Assembly: GCF_000150275.1 (NCBI RefSeq)
Contig: NW_002060953.1
Coordinates: 841,693 to 905,692, forward strand
Origin: Trichoplax adhaerens
Lineage: Eukaryota; Animalia; Placozoa
Length of the DNA: 64,000 nucleotides
Direction: 5' to 3'
Shown: in pieces, positions 1-12,927 of the stretch
Numbering within the stretch: the stretch's first letter is position 1
Layout of the letters: every line of letters begins with the position of its first letter
The notes under the pieces: model-generated
Databases searched by the model: none
Told to the model about the DNA's origin: nothing
What the model saw: only the letters and a program-made list of their open reading frames with translations
Made by a program: the position numbers and the translations under genes

Positions 1-2109
1 TCAGCTAAGATATTTGTACATAAAAAATTCCAATACGATAAGGCAATAGGTTACACTCTTCTTCTTTACTATATTTAAGTCTTTGAGAAGAAAAACATAA
101 TAATTCTTTTATAACCTTTGCTTATATAGGATTTTCAAAGAAAATTTTCCTTGCGATGCCGATGTTCTAAAATTAATGATGTTATTGAGACTTGCAAAGG
201 CAAGACCCCTTCGAATTGTAAGTAAATGCAGTCAACGGCAAAATTCACAGGGGTTGGCATTAATTGATCTCAAGCAATTGGACTTTTATCCAAAGTCTCC
301 ATTTGAATCTCGAGGTAAGAAAATATTTATTATTCTAACAGTCCTAAACATAGAGTATAAGTATTTAATTATTCTAATGGTCCTAAACATAAAGCATGAA
401 ATACGTACCAAAGATTGCAATAGTAAATATGGTATAGGTACATGAAATCTATTTTTACATACTACATATTTTATGGATATATACAGTGTGTATGATTAAG
501 ATATAATAGTAGTATTGGTAATAATTCAGTACCAGTATTCAACCCCTAAGCATTTCAGTATTTTACAACATTAGACAGTTTTCTTCATAGACTAAATCTC
601 GTACCGATGGCTTTCTGTTAGAAAGACTAAAACATAATATACATTCGACTTTTATTCATATTATGATTCTGGATTTATTCACGTTAGCACTCTTTAAGAA
701 CTATTCACGATGTGCTACATCTTTTAGCATCAATAAAAGATTGAGCGTATTTACTAGTTGGGCACGAGATTATTTGCTTCTACGTACATAAACTACTCTG
801 TATTAGCGATCGCCAGTGCATGTAAGATAATACGACGGTTATTGCAGATATGCTGTACCTTAAAATTTTTTATCCCGATTTGGCTTTGACTGTACTGTTA
901 TGCAACAATATCAGACCTAAACGATAAAAATCGAATGTTTTCTAACTGTGTAGTAATGGAAGCTTGGTTAAAAATGGTAAGGTAAATATGAGTTGATGAA
1001 GTTTACTATTCCTTAGGGGTGTTATCTAGAATAAGCTTTTTTACATGCTAGAAAAAATCAATTATTCTACTGCTGGTGAAGCTTCTTTTTAAAAATGCAT
1101 TAACTGTGCTATTCAATACCAGATTTTAAGTAAGCTTTGCATTGCCTTATATGCAGTTACTTATTTGCTTTATCATGAAGGTTTGCGTTTACGACGTGCT
1201 ACTCCTAAAAATCTCTTCATGCAAGCTATAATTCTCGGTACCTGTTTTAGTGGAGGACTTGCACTTGTAATTCTAATTTGTTGGCGTAATCGAATGAAGA
1301 GAAAACTTCTGGATCGAAGTGAGGAAAATTCGACTATTAATAATACAAATGGCGAGAATAATTTGCAAGTATTTCCTTCAACTCCTATAGCGTGCGTCTA
1401 TAGTGATACTTCTGATCGGACTCAGATTGGTAGGTAGTATTAAAAAGTTGCATCACTCTTTTAGATTTTGCTATTTTATATAGTACGCAAGCATACATTC
1501 GAATGCAAGCTTAAGGAGAGCACTAATTATTGTTATTTAGCTATTGATCCAATTTAACCATTGATAGGTAATTCTAATGCAGCTACATCCACTGACCCAC
1601 TTGCACAACCAGAAGGTAATGCGTCGAGATAGCTTATTGAAATTAATTAATTTACCAATGGAATATGCTTCTCATTGTTATCATCTCCCCTATTCGCTTG
1701 TGTAGCTCCTCCGCTATATCATGGTAAGTGTATAAGCTTAATATGAAAAAAACAATAGTGCTTTTGGTAAATTGCCTACCTTCCTCTACTTCGCAATTCT
1801 AAAATTGGCGGTATGGGTTAAAATAATTTGATTGGTGCAAATTATAATTACAGAGTTTAGGAATTATGAGTCTACTAGCTTTAATCCTGAAATTTCGAAA
1901 ACAGCTTATAAAGAGTCAGGTGAAAAATATTCGAAATTATTGACATGTGTATAACTTAAAAGCTAGAAATGAGTAATATTTTGATTTGGTAGATTACCCT
2001 AATTTTCATTGCTAATTTTTTTTACTTAGAAATAGCTAACGAACCCCCTCCCTATCACTTGATTTTATCATCGAAATGCAAAGCTGAATTAGTATCAGAA
2101 TGGGTTTAA
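1..2109 (+). CDS. 5'-partial single-pass membrane protein: degenerate LRR/LRRCT ectodomain, RLRR furin site, TM, cytoplasmic PPLY and PPPY motifs, C-terminus SEWV
   Basis: Phase-consistent GT-AG exons: <1-15 (QLRYL), 130-314 approx (IFKENFPCDAD...SKC...GLALIDLKQLDF), 1157-1429 (RLRR, TM AIILGTCFSGGLALVILICW, then RNR), 1568-1615, 1706-1723 (APPLYH), 1854-1919, 2030-2109 (EPPPYH...SEWV, stop). Confidence 0.75.
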
Positions 2110-3684
2110 GTGAACTCTATGCCGTACAATAAGATATGAACTACTTTTTACCGGACTTCCATAAATTTGTTTCTTGTGCATTTGTTATGCGGAACTCGTA
2201 GATAACCTTATAATTTCAGTCGTTGCTTACATATTTAGGATAATAAGCGTATCAAAGGTTGGAAAGATATGCGTCTATTAGCCTACTTTGTAATTCATTT
2301 GGATGTTGTGCTATTTTAACTCATTAAGGTCACTAATGCAATTAGGTAGATTAGATTAATATTTGCTAATCATTTAGATTAAAGTAGTCATAAGCTGCAA
2401 TAATGTGGTTCTAAGAGACTTTCTGTATAAAACTTAAATCTACTGTATAAAATTCCTTATTCGCTCGCGTAATATAATAAATAATTGTGAAAAAATTTTA
2501 GGTTATATCGCTGATAGCATCGATATATGCTAAATTTTAAAAGACTAGAGATTATTGCAAGTTTTTAGTACATTAACTCCCAAGTAAAGTCGGCTAGACG
2601 AATTCATCCCTGATGTCTATATATTTCTAAAAATTGCTTACTTACGCACTCCAATTTTGCAGCATCTAGACTCTAGACTCGATGATAATTGCTAACTAGT
2701 TACCTATATCATCTCAAAGTGGATGGTATTTAGCTACTCTTTTAGGCTTTATGATTACTCGGTCTATGTTTATTACAATAAAATTAAGCACTACACCTAT
2801 AGTATACTACCTGGCACCATTCTACACTGGAAGAAAACGGAAATCTTTTGAAACTTTCCTACGACATTTTCTGTATCCCATTGTCTAGGTTGTAGCTATG
2901 TCCACTTTTTATTGGAATATACTAGCATCGGCCGCTAGGGACTTTTCTAATTCTAGTGTTTTAATGTTTCTATTTCTCCCTAACCCTAATCAATAGGTAT
3001 GTTTCTAGTGGTTCATGATATTAGCAACCTAATATTGATTGCTAGCAGTGATTTTGTAACATGTCGGTATAATATTTTTTGAATTAATTTTCTGGCATTA
3101 GGATAAAGGAGTATTACTGAACAAAAATACGTTCTGCTTTATATCTCATATTTTATCGAAGCAAGAAAGAATCAAGATGTAGTGAGTGAATACTGTCAAT
3201 AAAGATTTTCAAGAGATAGGTTCTCGATTTTTACTTTAGTTTCATTTATAAATACTCAGAGAATCTATAATCTATAAAATACGTAAACTGCGTAAAAGTT
3301 TAACATTATAGTCCTGATATATATCCACTAAATTTCGCAGAATTTCATTTACTATTGGCAATTTTCTGGTAAGGTATTAACTGCTTTGAGTTTGTACGCT
3401 ATATTTAGTAACAGCTATATTACATGAAAGAGATCGTATTTGTGAAAAGAGAGTAAACGGTTGTAAGTACTAGGAAATATTAATCTTTTAATCTCATCAT
3501 ATATGATTCCGAAAGAAAAAAGCTTTTCCTACTCATTTTGTAAGAATTTAATAATAAGATTTAGTGCAAAAACCAAACAATAACTGAAAATTCTTAATTA
3601 GCTTCTAATACGTACGATGTTTACTATTACTACAAGTGGAGATTGAAATAAAAAACTATCAGTTGAATCTATTGGAGCTTGAGT

Positions 3685-4035
3685 AATAAGCTAAGGTTCT
3701 GTTTTTCAGTGACTATTGCAATGGAGATGAATGATGGTTGGTAGCTAATAATATAGTATAGATTTTATTAGGATTTTACGTTATAAAAGAAAGAAAGTTC
3801 CTATAGACTGAATTTTAATAAGCAAAGGTTCTGGCTTTCAGTCAGATTATTGCAATGGAAATGAATGATGGTTGGTAACTAATAATGTAACATAGATTTT
3901 ATTAGGATTTTACGTTATAAAAGAAAGAAAGTTCCTATAGACTGAATTTTAATAAGCAAAGGTTCTGGCTTTCAGTCAGATTATTGCGATGGAGATGAAT
4001 GATTGTTGGTAACTAATAAATATAATATAGTTTTT
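3685..4035. repeat. Tandem repeat, ~134-bp unit, ~2.6 copies
   Basis: AATAAGC(T/A)AAGGTTCTG recurs at 3685, 3817 and 3951, with near-identical sequence in between. Confidence 0.9.
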
Positions 4036-4054
4036 GTTGCGTTAGTGAAGAATC

Positions 4055-4284
4055 TGTAATATGCAGATACAGTAAATTTATGATACGAGTTCAGCATTTA
4101 ATGATGTGATTGTAGATACTGGAATATGATGGTATGCGCTATGTTATATATGTGCGATCGACTGTATAAAAGTAGGCGACCGTTGGAAAATAAAGAGGAA
4201 GTTCTTTGATAGTCCAACGAAAAGCTTAATCTTGGTCTAACTCGAGTGTTAGAAGAGTCTCGTGTCTAGTCAATCCCTATTATA
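4055..4284 (+). repeat. LTR-like dispersed repeat, copy 1 (direct repeat of ~5130-5303)
   Basis: Shared blocks TAATGATGT.ATTGTAGATACT, GTATAAAAGTA and TTAATCTTGGTCT..CTCGAG..TTAGAAGAG.CTCGTGTCTAGTCAATCCCTAT. Ends are TGTAATA...TATTATA; no TSD found. Confidence 0.55.
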
Positions 4285-5129
4285 CTGTCCAAGACTGACA
4301 TCCAAATTAGTCGCTAGGTTGATTTTATTTTGCACTAACGACTACTGACGACCGTTGGCAATTCTGGTTCTTCCTTCCTTTAAGGTAGCCCTGTCATTAG
4401 TCATGACTATTTTAGACTACTGGAGTACACTACACGGAAATGTGGAAAGCACTGTACGCGTACAAGTACTGTCCACTGTACAGAAGTTCTTTCTCGATCT
4501 CAATTTGACGTAGTTTAATAAATAAATAAAATATCGAAATGGCGTCCAAATTAAAAATTAATTATTTTTGTATAGTACGTCAATTTACTTAATTAATGAT
4601 GAGATTGTGGTAGATTATGTTAGTAAAGGGAGAGCAATGACTGATGATAGAATGGTTCGTCTCATAGTACTTGATCACCACTCTCGCAAGAAGTATGATG
4701 GCACACGGAAAAGCTAGAGTACAGTATCACCGCTGCAGCAATCCTAGAAAAAAATAATATTAATATACTGTACAGCGCGTTCTACTTTTATGTTAGAAAT
4801 CTGCCACATTGCCAATAGCTTTTTCTGATACCGACTGTCCGAGAGTTGTTGTCCCTCTTTCTCTCTTATATTGGTCCCAGCTGTCACTGCTCACACAGTA
4901 TTCTAAACCTAATCCTAATCGCTAGCATATTTCCTTACACGGCTTCATAGTACTTAAGAACAACATCTATACTTTGTCAATCTTGGCAGTCATACACCTA
5001 ATGTGCATAATTTATACTGCACTAGCTGCAAGAATTCTACATCAGTATTTAACCGGGTACTATTTTGCTCTGAAATGCTAGTCATCATGCTTTTCTATAA
5101 TTTCCGCGAGCAAATTCACTACTTTAGCA

Positions 5130-5303
5130 CGTAATGATGTAATTGTAGATACTATAATATTACATATGTGCGATAGAGAGTATAAAAGTATGTGACTGTT
5201 AGAAATAAAGGCAGTTCTTTGGTAGTCAAACAAAAAGGTTGTGCTGGTTAATCTTGGTCTCGCTCGAGCATTAGAAGAGCCTCGTGTCTAGTCAATCCCT
5301 ATC
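5130..5303 (+). repeat. LTR-like dispersed repeat, copy 2
   Basis: Colinear with 4098-4281, with small indels. Confidence 0.6.
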
Positions 5304-5604
5304 AGCTAGCATGCTACACACTATGGTATTGAACTATAGATGGATTGGCTCAAGTGTTAATGAAGAGCTAGAATTAAGGTAGATATTTATTTGGCGAAAT
5401 AAGTACAAAGCAATTAAATATTAGGATATTAATTATCCATGGATTTCCAAGTTTTGTTGACGAGTGTATGAAAACCTCTTAATCAATAAGAAATAATTTA
5501 TTTTGATCCAAAGATTAACGTGGTCGTTGATGTTGGAAAATATACTGCCTGTGCCAATGATCATATTCAACTAAATTAATTAACGTTTGGCCGCAGTTAT
5601 TAGA

Positions 5605-6672
5605 TCAGATGTTTACTGGTATAATCCTCTGCTTTCTTGATTTAAAACATAAAATTGATTTCATAGCGATATTGAAAGGAGGATTGTAAAAGTAACAAAT
5701 GAAAATATTGGCGACGCTATCAAAGCAAGTTAAATATTTAGTTAAAACACGAATCATTAATATTTTTGATCTCATATGACAATCATACTTGCTGTAAGCT
5801 ATTGTTATTAATTCCATAAGTTTAGTATTAATTAAGATGACATAGATCCAAAACGGCAACCATACCATTAAGTAGACAATGAAGATAGCAAATGACATTT
5901 TACGCAATTTTAGCTTGACTTGATCGATTCTTCGCACTCGTTGATGACAACGTAGACCATCCGATGATTCACCTTGTCCACTGCTAACGGAATCTATAGA
6001 CAAATCGTTGATATTACGCAAGATTTGAATGTTGAAGAATGCCACAATTACGATAGGTACGGTATAGGTAAAAAAGAATAGTGAGAAATCATAAACAGCG
6101 CGTATGGAATTTATTCCTGGAAGAGGATAGAGTATACAGTATGACGATACACCATATTTCTTAACGGTCAATATAATAGTGTAAGGAAGCATGTAGGATA
6201 TACCTGTTATCCATATCACAATTATGCAATACACGGCTTGCCTTCTATTTGGTTGGGCTTGCAAAGGAGTACAAAATGCACAAAATCGAGCGTAACACAT
6301 TAAGATGATGCTAAATGCTGATACAATAACCGCTACAATAAAGGTGGAATGCGTAATTTTACATAAAAATTCTCCAAATGGCCAAGTACTATTATAGGAA
6401 AAGTCAGAAATAAATTGAAGTAGTGTCGATATTACAGATAAAATTGTAACAGCGCTGTAATTGACCATCATTATGTTAGTATAGGTCCATAATCGTCTAG
6501 TGCGGATAACAATATAACTAATGCTTAAATTACCAATTATTGATACCGCAAATGCAAATAAAAAAATAGAAATTTTTAGAACTGTAACCATACTGTCGAT
6601 CATTGGATAATTACCATGATCGATACATTGAGATAAATTACTTCGAAGTGTCTCGTTCGCTGTCGAATTCAT
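5605..6672 (-). CDS. Intronless class A (rhodopsin-like) GPCR, peptide-receptor-like, with atypical motifs
   Basis: 355-aa ORF with 7 hydrophobic segments, TM1 GN, ECL1 WPFGEFLCK, TM4 W, TM6 WLP, and N-terminal N-glycosylation sites. Confidence 0.93.
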   Translation of the reverse strand: MNSTANETLRSNLSQCIDHGNYPMIDSMVTVLKISIFLFAFAVSIIGNLSISYIVIRTRRLWTYTNIMMVNYSAVTILSVISTLLQFISDFSYNSTWPFGEFLCKITHSTFIVAVIVSAFSIILMCYARFCAFCTPLQAQPNRRQAVYCIIVIWITGISYMLPYTIILTVKKYGVSSYCILYPLPGINSIRAVYDFSLFFFTYTVPIVIVAFFNIQILRNINDLSIDSVSSGQGESSDGLRCHQRVRRIDQVKLKLRKMSFAIFIVYLMVWLPFWIYVILINTKLMELITIAYSKYDCHMRSKILMIRVLTKYLTCFDSVANIFICYFYNPPFNIAMKSILCFKSRKQRIIPVNI

Positions 6673-9600
6673 TATGCCAATCGTTAGAAATGCTTCAACT
6701 TTACTGCGATTGTCTGCCCCTTACTTTTTGAAGAAACTTGAAATTAATGAAGGTAACAATTTGTTGCTACAGTATTAAATTCTCTCTGCTATTAAATATC
6801 TTTATGACGACTGTTTTTGCTTGATAATAAATTATGTATACATCCAATGCCGTTGGTAAATATTTTATTGACCTAGTAAGACCGGATGTGAATTAATGAT
6901 GTGGCAAATTAAGATGCCACCTATGTCGTAGGTACTGAGTTAATCATCTGCTTGATCGACTTAAATTATATGTGACGTATTAGATTGATGAAAGTATTAT
7001 CATTGCATTATACAAGAAATATAATCTGCCATCTTCAAATATTAATTTGGTAGCGTTGCTTAAGTCATAGTCTTCGAGTAGATAAGTACTTTGCGATGAT
7101 ATATACCCAAAGTCAAATCTTTAATGAAAGTATTTCACAAAAGGTTTATATGCCAAACGTAGCTAAAACGTAGCAGAATTAATTTCATATAAATTGTTTA
7201 GTGACAATACTTACTATTAAAGGGACCAGATAAGTCAATATTCCATTGTTTAACTGAGAGTGAAACCTTAGGACATACTCGTAAATGCATTTAATTTGCT
7301 GATTTAGATAGGTCAAATTGATTTGTATATGCTAATATCGTTAACAGTTAGTCATACGATCAGTTTGTCACCTGCGAATAATTCACGATGATGTTAGGAT
7401 TTATTCTATATTTCTATTAATTAAGACTCCAAGGTTACCAATTGATGATAATGACTAGGGGAAGTGAGTAATTTTGAATAGGTTATGAATTAGCGATAAA
7501 TACTCAAATATTGTAAATAATTGATTACTTTCATTTGTTACCTAATTTAAAATAAAGCTAAAAAATGTATAGAAATACTGCTAATTATTCTAATTGATGT
7601 CTTTGCTATCAAAATTTGCGAGAGATAACTTTAGCAATATTGTATCTCGCATGTTATAAAATACCACACTTGAGTATTCATAAAAGTTAAGTAAATAAAA
7701 ATTTTTGCTTGCAATAACTTATGTCGTACATGTTCTAGAGTATAATTAAGCAATTCCTGTGGCATTTTTAAGCTTCATTTCTTTCTCAAATTGTATACTT
7801 TCCAACTCAGTTTGTATATTTTCATATATAACCATCATGTAATTGAATTGATTTTAAATTAAGATTAGAATATGAAATATCATGGAAATTGAATTCAACT
7901 TCACTATATTCAGTAATACTCTGTCTCTAATTCATAATTTAGTTTACAGTCTGTACACTATTATGTGAATTAGTTTAATATTTAATAAAAATCTGTTTAG
8001 AAAGTGAAGGATAAACAATTGGACAGTGCTTGGATTTAGGATATAATTATCAATACGTTCTAAAATAGCTTTGTAACGTCGTACTGCCCTTTGAGAAAGT
8101 TCTCCGAATTGCGATCCTGTCTTTAATTAAAATATATACTTAAGGTCACGATAAATTATTAGTAAAACCATAATAAAAGATAACATTGATTGAATTTAAT
8201 GATGCATTTAAAGTTCACAGTTATGAGATTAAAAAAGTAAAGGGTAGATTTGCGTTGGAATTTTAGGAAACTAGAGTTTCCTATGCATTTCATCCCGTAA
8301 TTGATAGCGTCGCTAATTATAATCTATGGAGTTATTACATAACATTGGCTGGTAAAGTGTAAAAGCGAAGTATAAAAAGATACTGTAGGAGTCTGTTCAT
8401 TGTAGGTTTTGGGTAATTAAATTTCTAATAAGTCTGAAGATTTGAATTTGTAATTACTGCGAGAAATCGCTTGAATTGAAAAAATGACTCATGCGTTATA
8501 ATTTATCAGCAAAATCTTTGGAATTTATATCAGTATATATCAAAGTACATATAATATATGATGTAATAAATATTTACAGTTAAAATTGAGAGATACGCTG
8601 TATCTAGAAATACTAATCGATAATATTTTATTTTAGAAGTTTATTGAATATTGATTGCGTCATCATACGGTAATTGAGCTTTCATGTTCTTAGAATTTTT
8701 ATTCAAATTGGTTATATTATTATGCCTGCATTTGCTAATATAGGAGCGGGTGTATACTATTAATGAACTATTAGTCCTTCATAGCGCTGATGCTTTCAAT
8801 TTTTTCCTTGAATATTTTATATTTTTAGATACATCTAGGTAATTGTTACGAGTTTGCTATAAAAATTATTTAGTTCTGTTAGGAATTTATGATTCTATGA
8901 TTTTAGAAATTTTCTTTTACATGAAAATGGTTCGTATGAAAGACTTATAGAAACATATACTAATAATTTATATAATAGCTATCAGTTGTAACTGACAATA
9001 TCTCACTCTTAAATAGTGTTATTAATATTATAATTGTGCCAAAATCAATCCATGGAAGTAAAACCTATTGTGATTGCATGCGGCCATTATATCATTCAGA
9101 TTTACTGAAATAATTTTGGCCTGTTAATTATTCTTATATTTGTATCCATGTAGCTTGATGTCACTGCCAAGCTTTGGTCGTGAGAATGATTATGATTACA
9201 TACAGTAGGCTGTGTATAACAGTGTCTGCAGTCTACGATATTAAAATGATGTTTTGGTGAGCTAGCTCATATATAAGATACTAGTTTTGTAAGTTGAATC
9301 GTTAGTTCTATAATCAAACCTTATACTTTTGCTATTTGTTAATGCTTATATTATTTAAGTAATCAACTACTTTTGACTAAGGTTAAGTCGTATTTAGAAC
9401 ATTTTGGATGAGTTGTCTCAGTGTGATTGGATATCTCCATTTAAATTGATTTAGGGTTTTCTTGATCTAAAGCTTTCTTTAAATACAAATTAGGATCTAG
9501 TGGTGACGAAAAAGTTCTCATTTACTTAGTAATAAACTTTATTTACCGTAAACAGGCATTGGCTGTTTTCGTGTATATGACTTAGGCTTCTAGTCGCCGA

Positions 9601-12600
9601 AACGATATTGTACTTAGTTGTCTGGATTTGTAACGCTCCGAGACTTACCTGACTACTTTATTTGCTTAGTTCAATTGGTGGAATGATTGAGATATTTAGT
9701 GTTAATCTTTCTCGTAGCATTCGTTAGTCATTTATGTTATAGTGGTTGGTCTAACACTTGGATACTTAAAAGAAATATGTTAATAAAATTTCTTAATAAA
9801 AATTAGCTATTAATTCAGAAATTAGTGGACATACCACAGAATGTAGGTGAAAATAGACAAGTTCGACTTATTCAGATTTTTTAAGATATTTAGACAGTCA
9901 TTATCTGAAAATATTCGTATCATAAAAAGCTACTTATAAATATCGGTATAAAATTCGAGCAGCAAATAACGATTGCTAAAATTACGTTTAATGAATTTTC
10001 GAATCCTGAAGACCTTATAATGTAGTAGACGCTACAAATTGGGTATTTACGCAATGACATGTTTTGATATAAAAGTATACTGTAACTTCTAGAAAACAGA
10101 TAGTTTTTATTCAAGCAATAGAAGGAGATTCTGGTTACTAAACTGTATTTGCTTAATTTAAAGGTCGTGTAGTCCAAAATATATAAACACGTAAAATGCT
10201 CAGTTTTGTTATTTATGAAAGTGTAACTATTGTAATTCTAAACGAATAAAGGTGCATGGAATCTTTCAATTTTGCTCATATATTAAAGTTTGCGGTAATT
10301 CAAGGATATTCTTATTTTTTTTTAGCTCATTCCAAAATCTAATCTCATAAAGTGAGTGAAATCAAATTCCACTTTGAGTTATAATAAATTCTATTAGTAT
10401 TACGAACGATAAGGTTTTTACCTCTTCTTATAAAATCATCGATTTTCTTAACTGTTACATTCACAGAATTTAAAGATATACTAGTACAATGTTCTAATAT
10501 TCGCTAATAATTAAATAAACTGTTCGATTTGATAGAGCTAGTATCAATATTTTACCAAATTTGAGTCCTTCTGTGCATTCATAGCAGCTATTTCATAACT
10601 ATTGAAAATATTTGTGGATAGGTTAATGAGTTTGAATGCTAGAGACTTATAATCTTACTATGATATTAAGAATATTCGAGCCTTAATTTACACAATTCTA
10701 TTCATTTTCTTTGTTAGCTTTTCTCATATGAGCAAGCTCTATCATGCTAATCCATCATATAGCCCTCAGATCGTTGGTGTTCTTTATGGCTACTTTTAGG
10801 CATTAATTAACCAACATAATCAAATATGTGCATGTAGGTCATTGTATCGAAGAACGTACGTGATACCACAATCTATAACTAAGGTCCATAACTCCTGTCT
10901 ATAATCAGCATCAATAATACTTGTTACAAAATTAAAATATGATATTCTCCACATAGGGCACTGCTATATGGCACACAATTCAAAGAACTGTGACTACTTT
11001 TACTGCAGTTAATGCATATACGTTATCCCTATGAAAAGGTAATTAAGTTTTGTTTTGATAGTTTATTCAAGATATTTTAAACTAGTTATTAGGGTGATTG
11101 CTCGCAGAAAAAGGGCTGTTAGCTTAGATTACATTCGTGGTTATTATAATAACGATAAATGAATTAAATTTCTGGATAAGGTCACAAAATGAAAGATAAC
11201 GTCAGTTCTAATTTGTACAATACATAAATAAAAATCGGCGATGCCTTAATAAAATGAAAATAACAATTTACTTGTTTACTAAAAGGATTTTACGTGGTAA
11301 ATATAACATAATGCTTATGACCGTAATTGTGATTTTAGATATCTGAAATTTCATTTTGGATTCATAACACGGTGTAGTGAACAGATGTAAAGTTAAATGA
11401 AAGTTAATTAAACGAAAAAATTCAACAAATATTCATGTTCATGGCCGATATTTAGTCGTATCGCATAAACTACTCGCAAAATTAGAGTACGATATTTTAG
11501 TAAAACCTTGTCAGTTCGCGGTATCAATTTAAGAACTCCTCAGTTTTTAATATCTACCAGTGAGTTTTATATCTAAAACTTTGACAAGAAGAATCTTTAA
11601 TTTCGTTTCATACGTCGGTGCTTATTTATGGGTATAAATTCTTGGTGAGAATCCTTAACATCTTAAGTGATCTTGCTTTTTGTGTTTGATTTTTAGAATT
11701 TGCATGGTTAAAAATAATTTCTGCTAAACTAGATATTTATGCAATGAAAGTGCGAGTCTTGAGCCACGTCAATGTAAAGATATTAGCATTCGGAAAGCTA
11801 ACCATTAAATACAGAATTGTTTAATTAAGGTAGTACAGAAACAATAAAACTTAAAGTATTCATTCCCGATATCGCTTCGACTATAGCACATTAGCAATTA
11901 AGCCCTTGTCTATATATAGTAAATGTGAAAATACTGTAGAAATACGCTTGCCTTAGGGTAGGTTACCGTAGATATTGATTCGTTATTATATTTGTTTAGT
12001 TGACTATACGATCACTGTAATAGCCAGTAAAGCTACTGTACACTTGATTTACTTTTAGGTTATAAACCAAAGGAAATACGTCAGGATACCAAAACAGTAT
12101 AAGCAACTACGCTTACTTTGGTTTGAAAATTAGAATTCTATTCTTATATTCTGCTTCATGAAGTCATCGATGAGAAATTAAAATCCGAAAACTAATTCAC
12201 TTCATAAAATCCATTAAATAGGATAACATCGAAAACGAATCTTTTTCATCTAGCTATGATTCTAAAGCCTAAATATTTGTACAATATAAGCAAGAGAAAA
12301 CTTTTACGTCTACTTTCTAAAATTTTAGCGATGAAAGTATTATCTTAAACTGGAACTCTTATTACAGGAGAAGCTGCGTAGATTTAAGTGACATCAAATA
12401 CAGATTTTTCAGTAATGATTTTTAAAGTTTATTCTATCAGTGGCTAGCGAGTGATCTTACTGTCAGCAAAGTTATTTATTTTGATAATATGGGATATAAT
12501 ATTGTAAAATATTTAAACTGAAATGCTGACCTACTTTGATGATGATATTTGCAGTCAATTTAAATTTATAAAAGTTTACGATATCTATTTCTAGGAAAAT

Positions 12601-12927
12601 CTTACATAATTTTAACGAAAAAGATTTCTAAACAGGAACAGTCTCGCGGTAAGGCGAACATGTTATGTATTATGCTAAGCTTGAGAAATATCGCTTTTTA
12701 TGAGAGAAGTTAGTAAGAAATGAATAAAATGAGCATTATTAAAATTATTTTAAAATATACGCTTATCTTAAATCATTTATTTCCTAATGCTTACTGTATT
12801 GGAAGTTATTAATTTATAAATTTGTTTACGATAACTGCGGATTATAGCTATAAGTGAGTCAATAAATTTAAAAGTTCGTAAATATTGCAACTACATGGCA
12901 GGAGAATTTTAACAGAACTAGGTAAGA

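Noticed and set aside
2978-2992. CCCTAACCCTAA telomere-like motif (similar at ~4905)
   Set aside because: Only about two units; not a telomeric array.
7000-12900. Additional GPCR gene or pseudogene between the two receptors, including ORF 9920-10177
   Set aside because: No recognisable 7TM motifs by eye; looks like AT-rich intergenic DNA.
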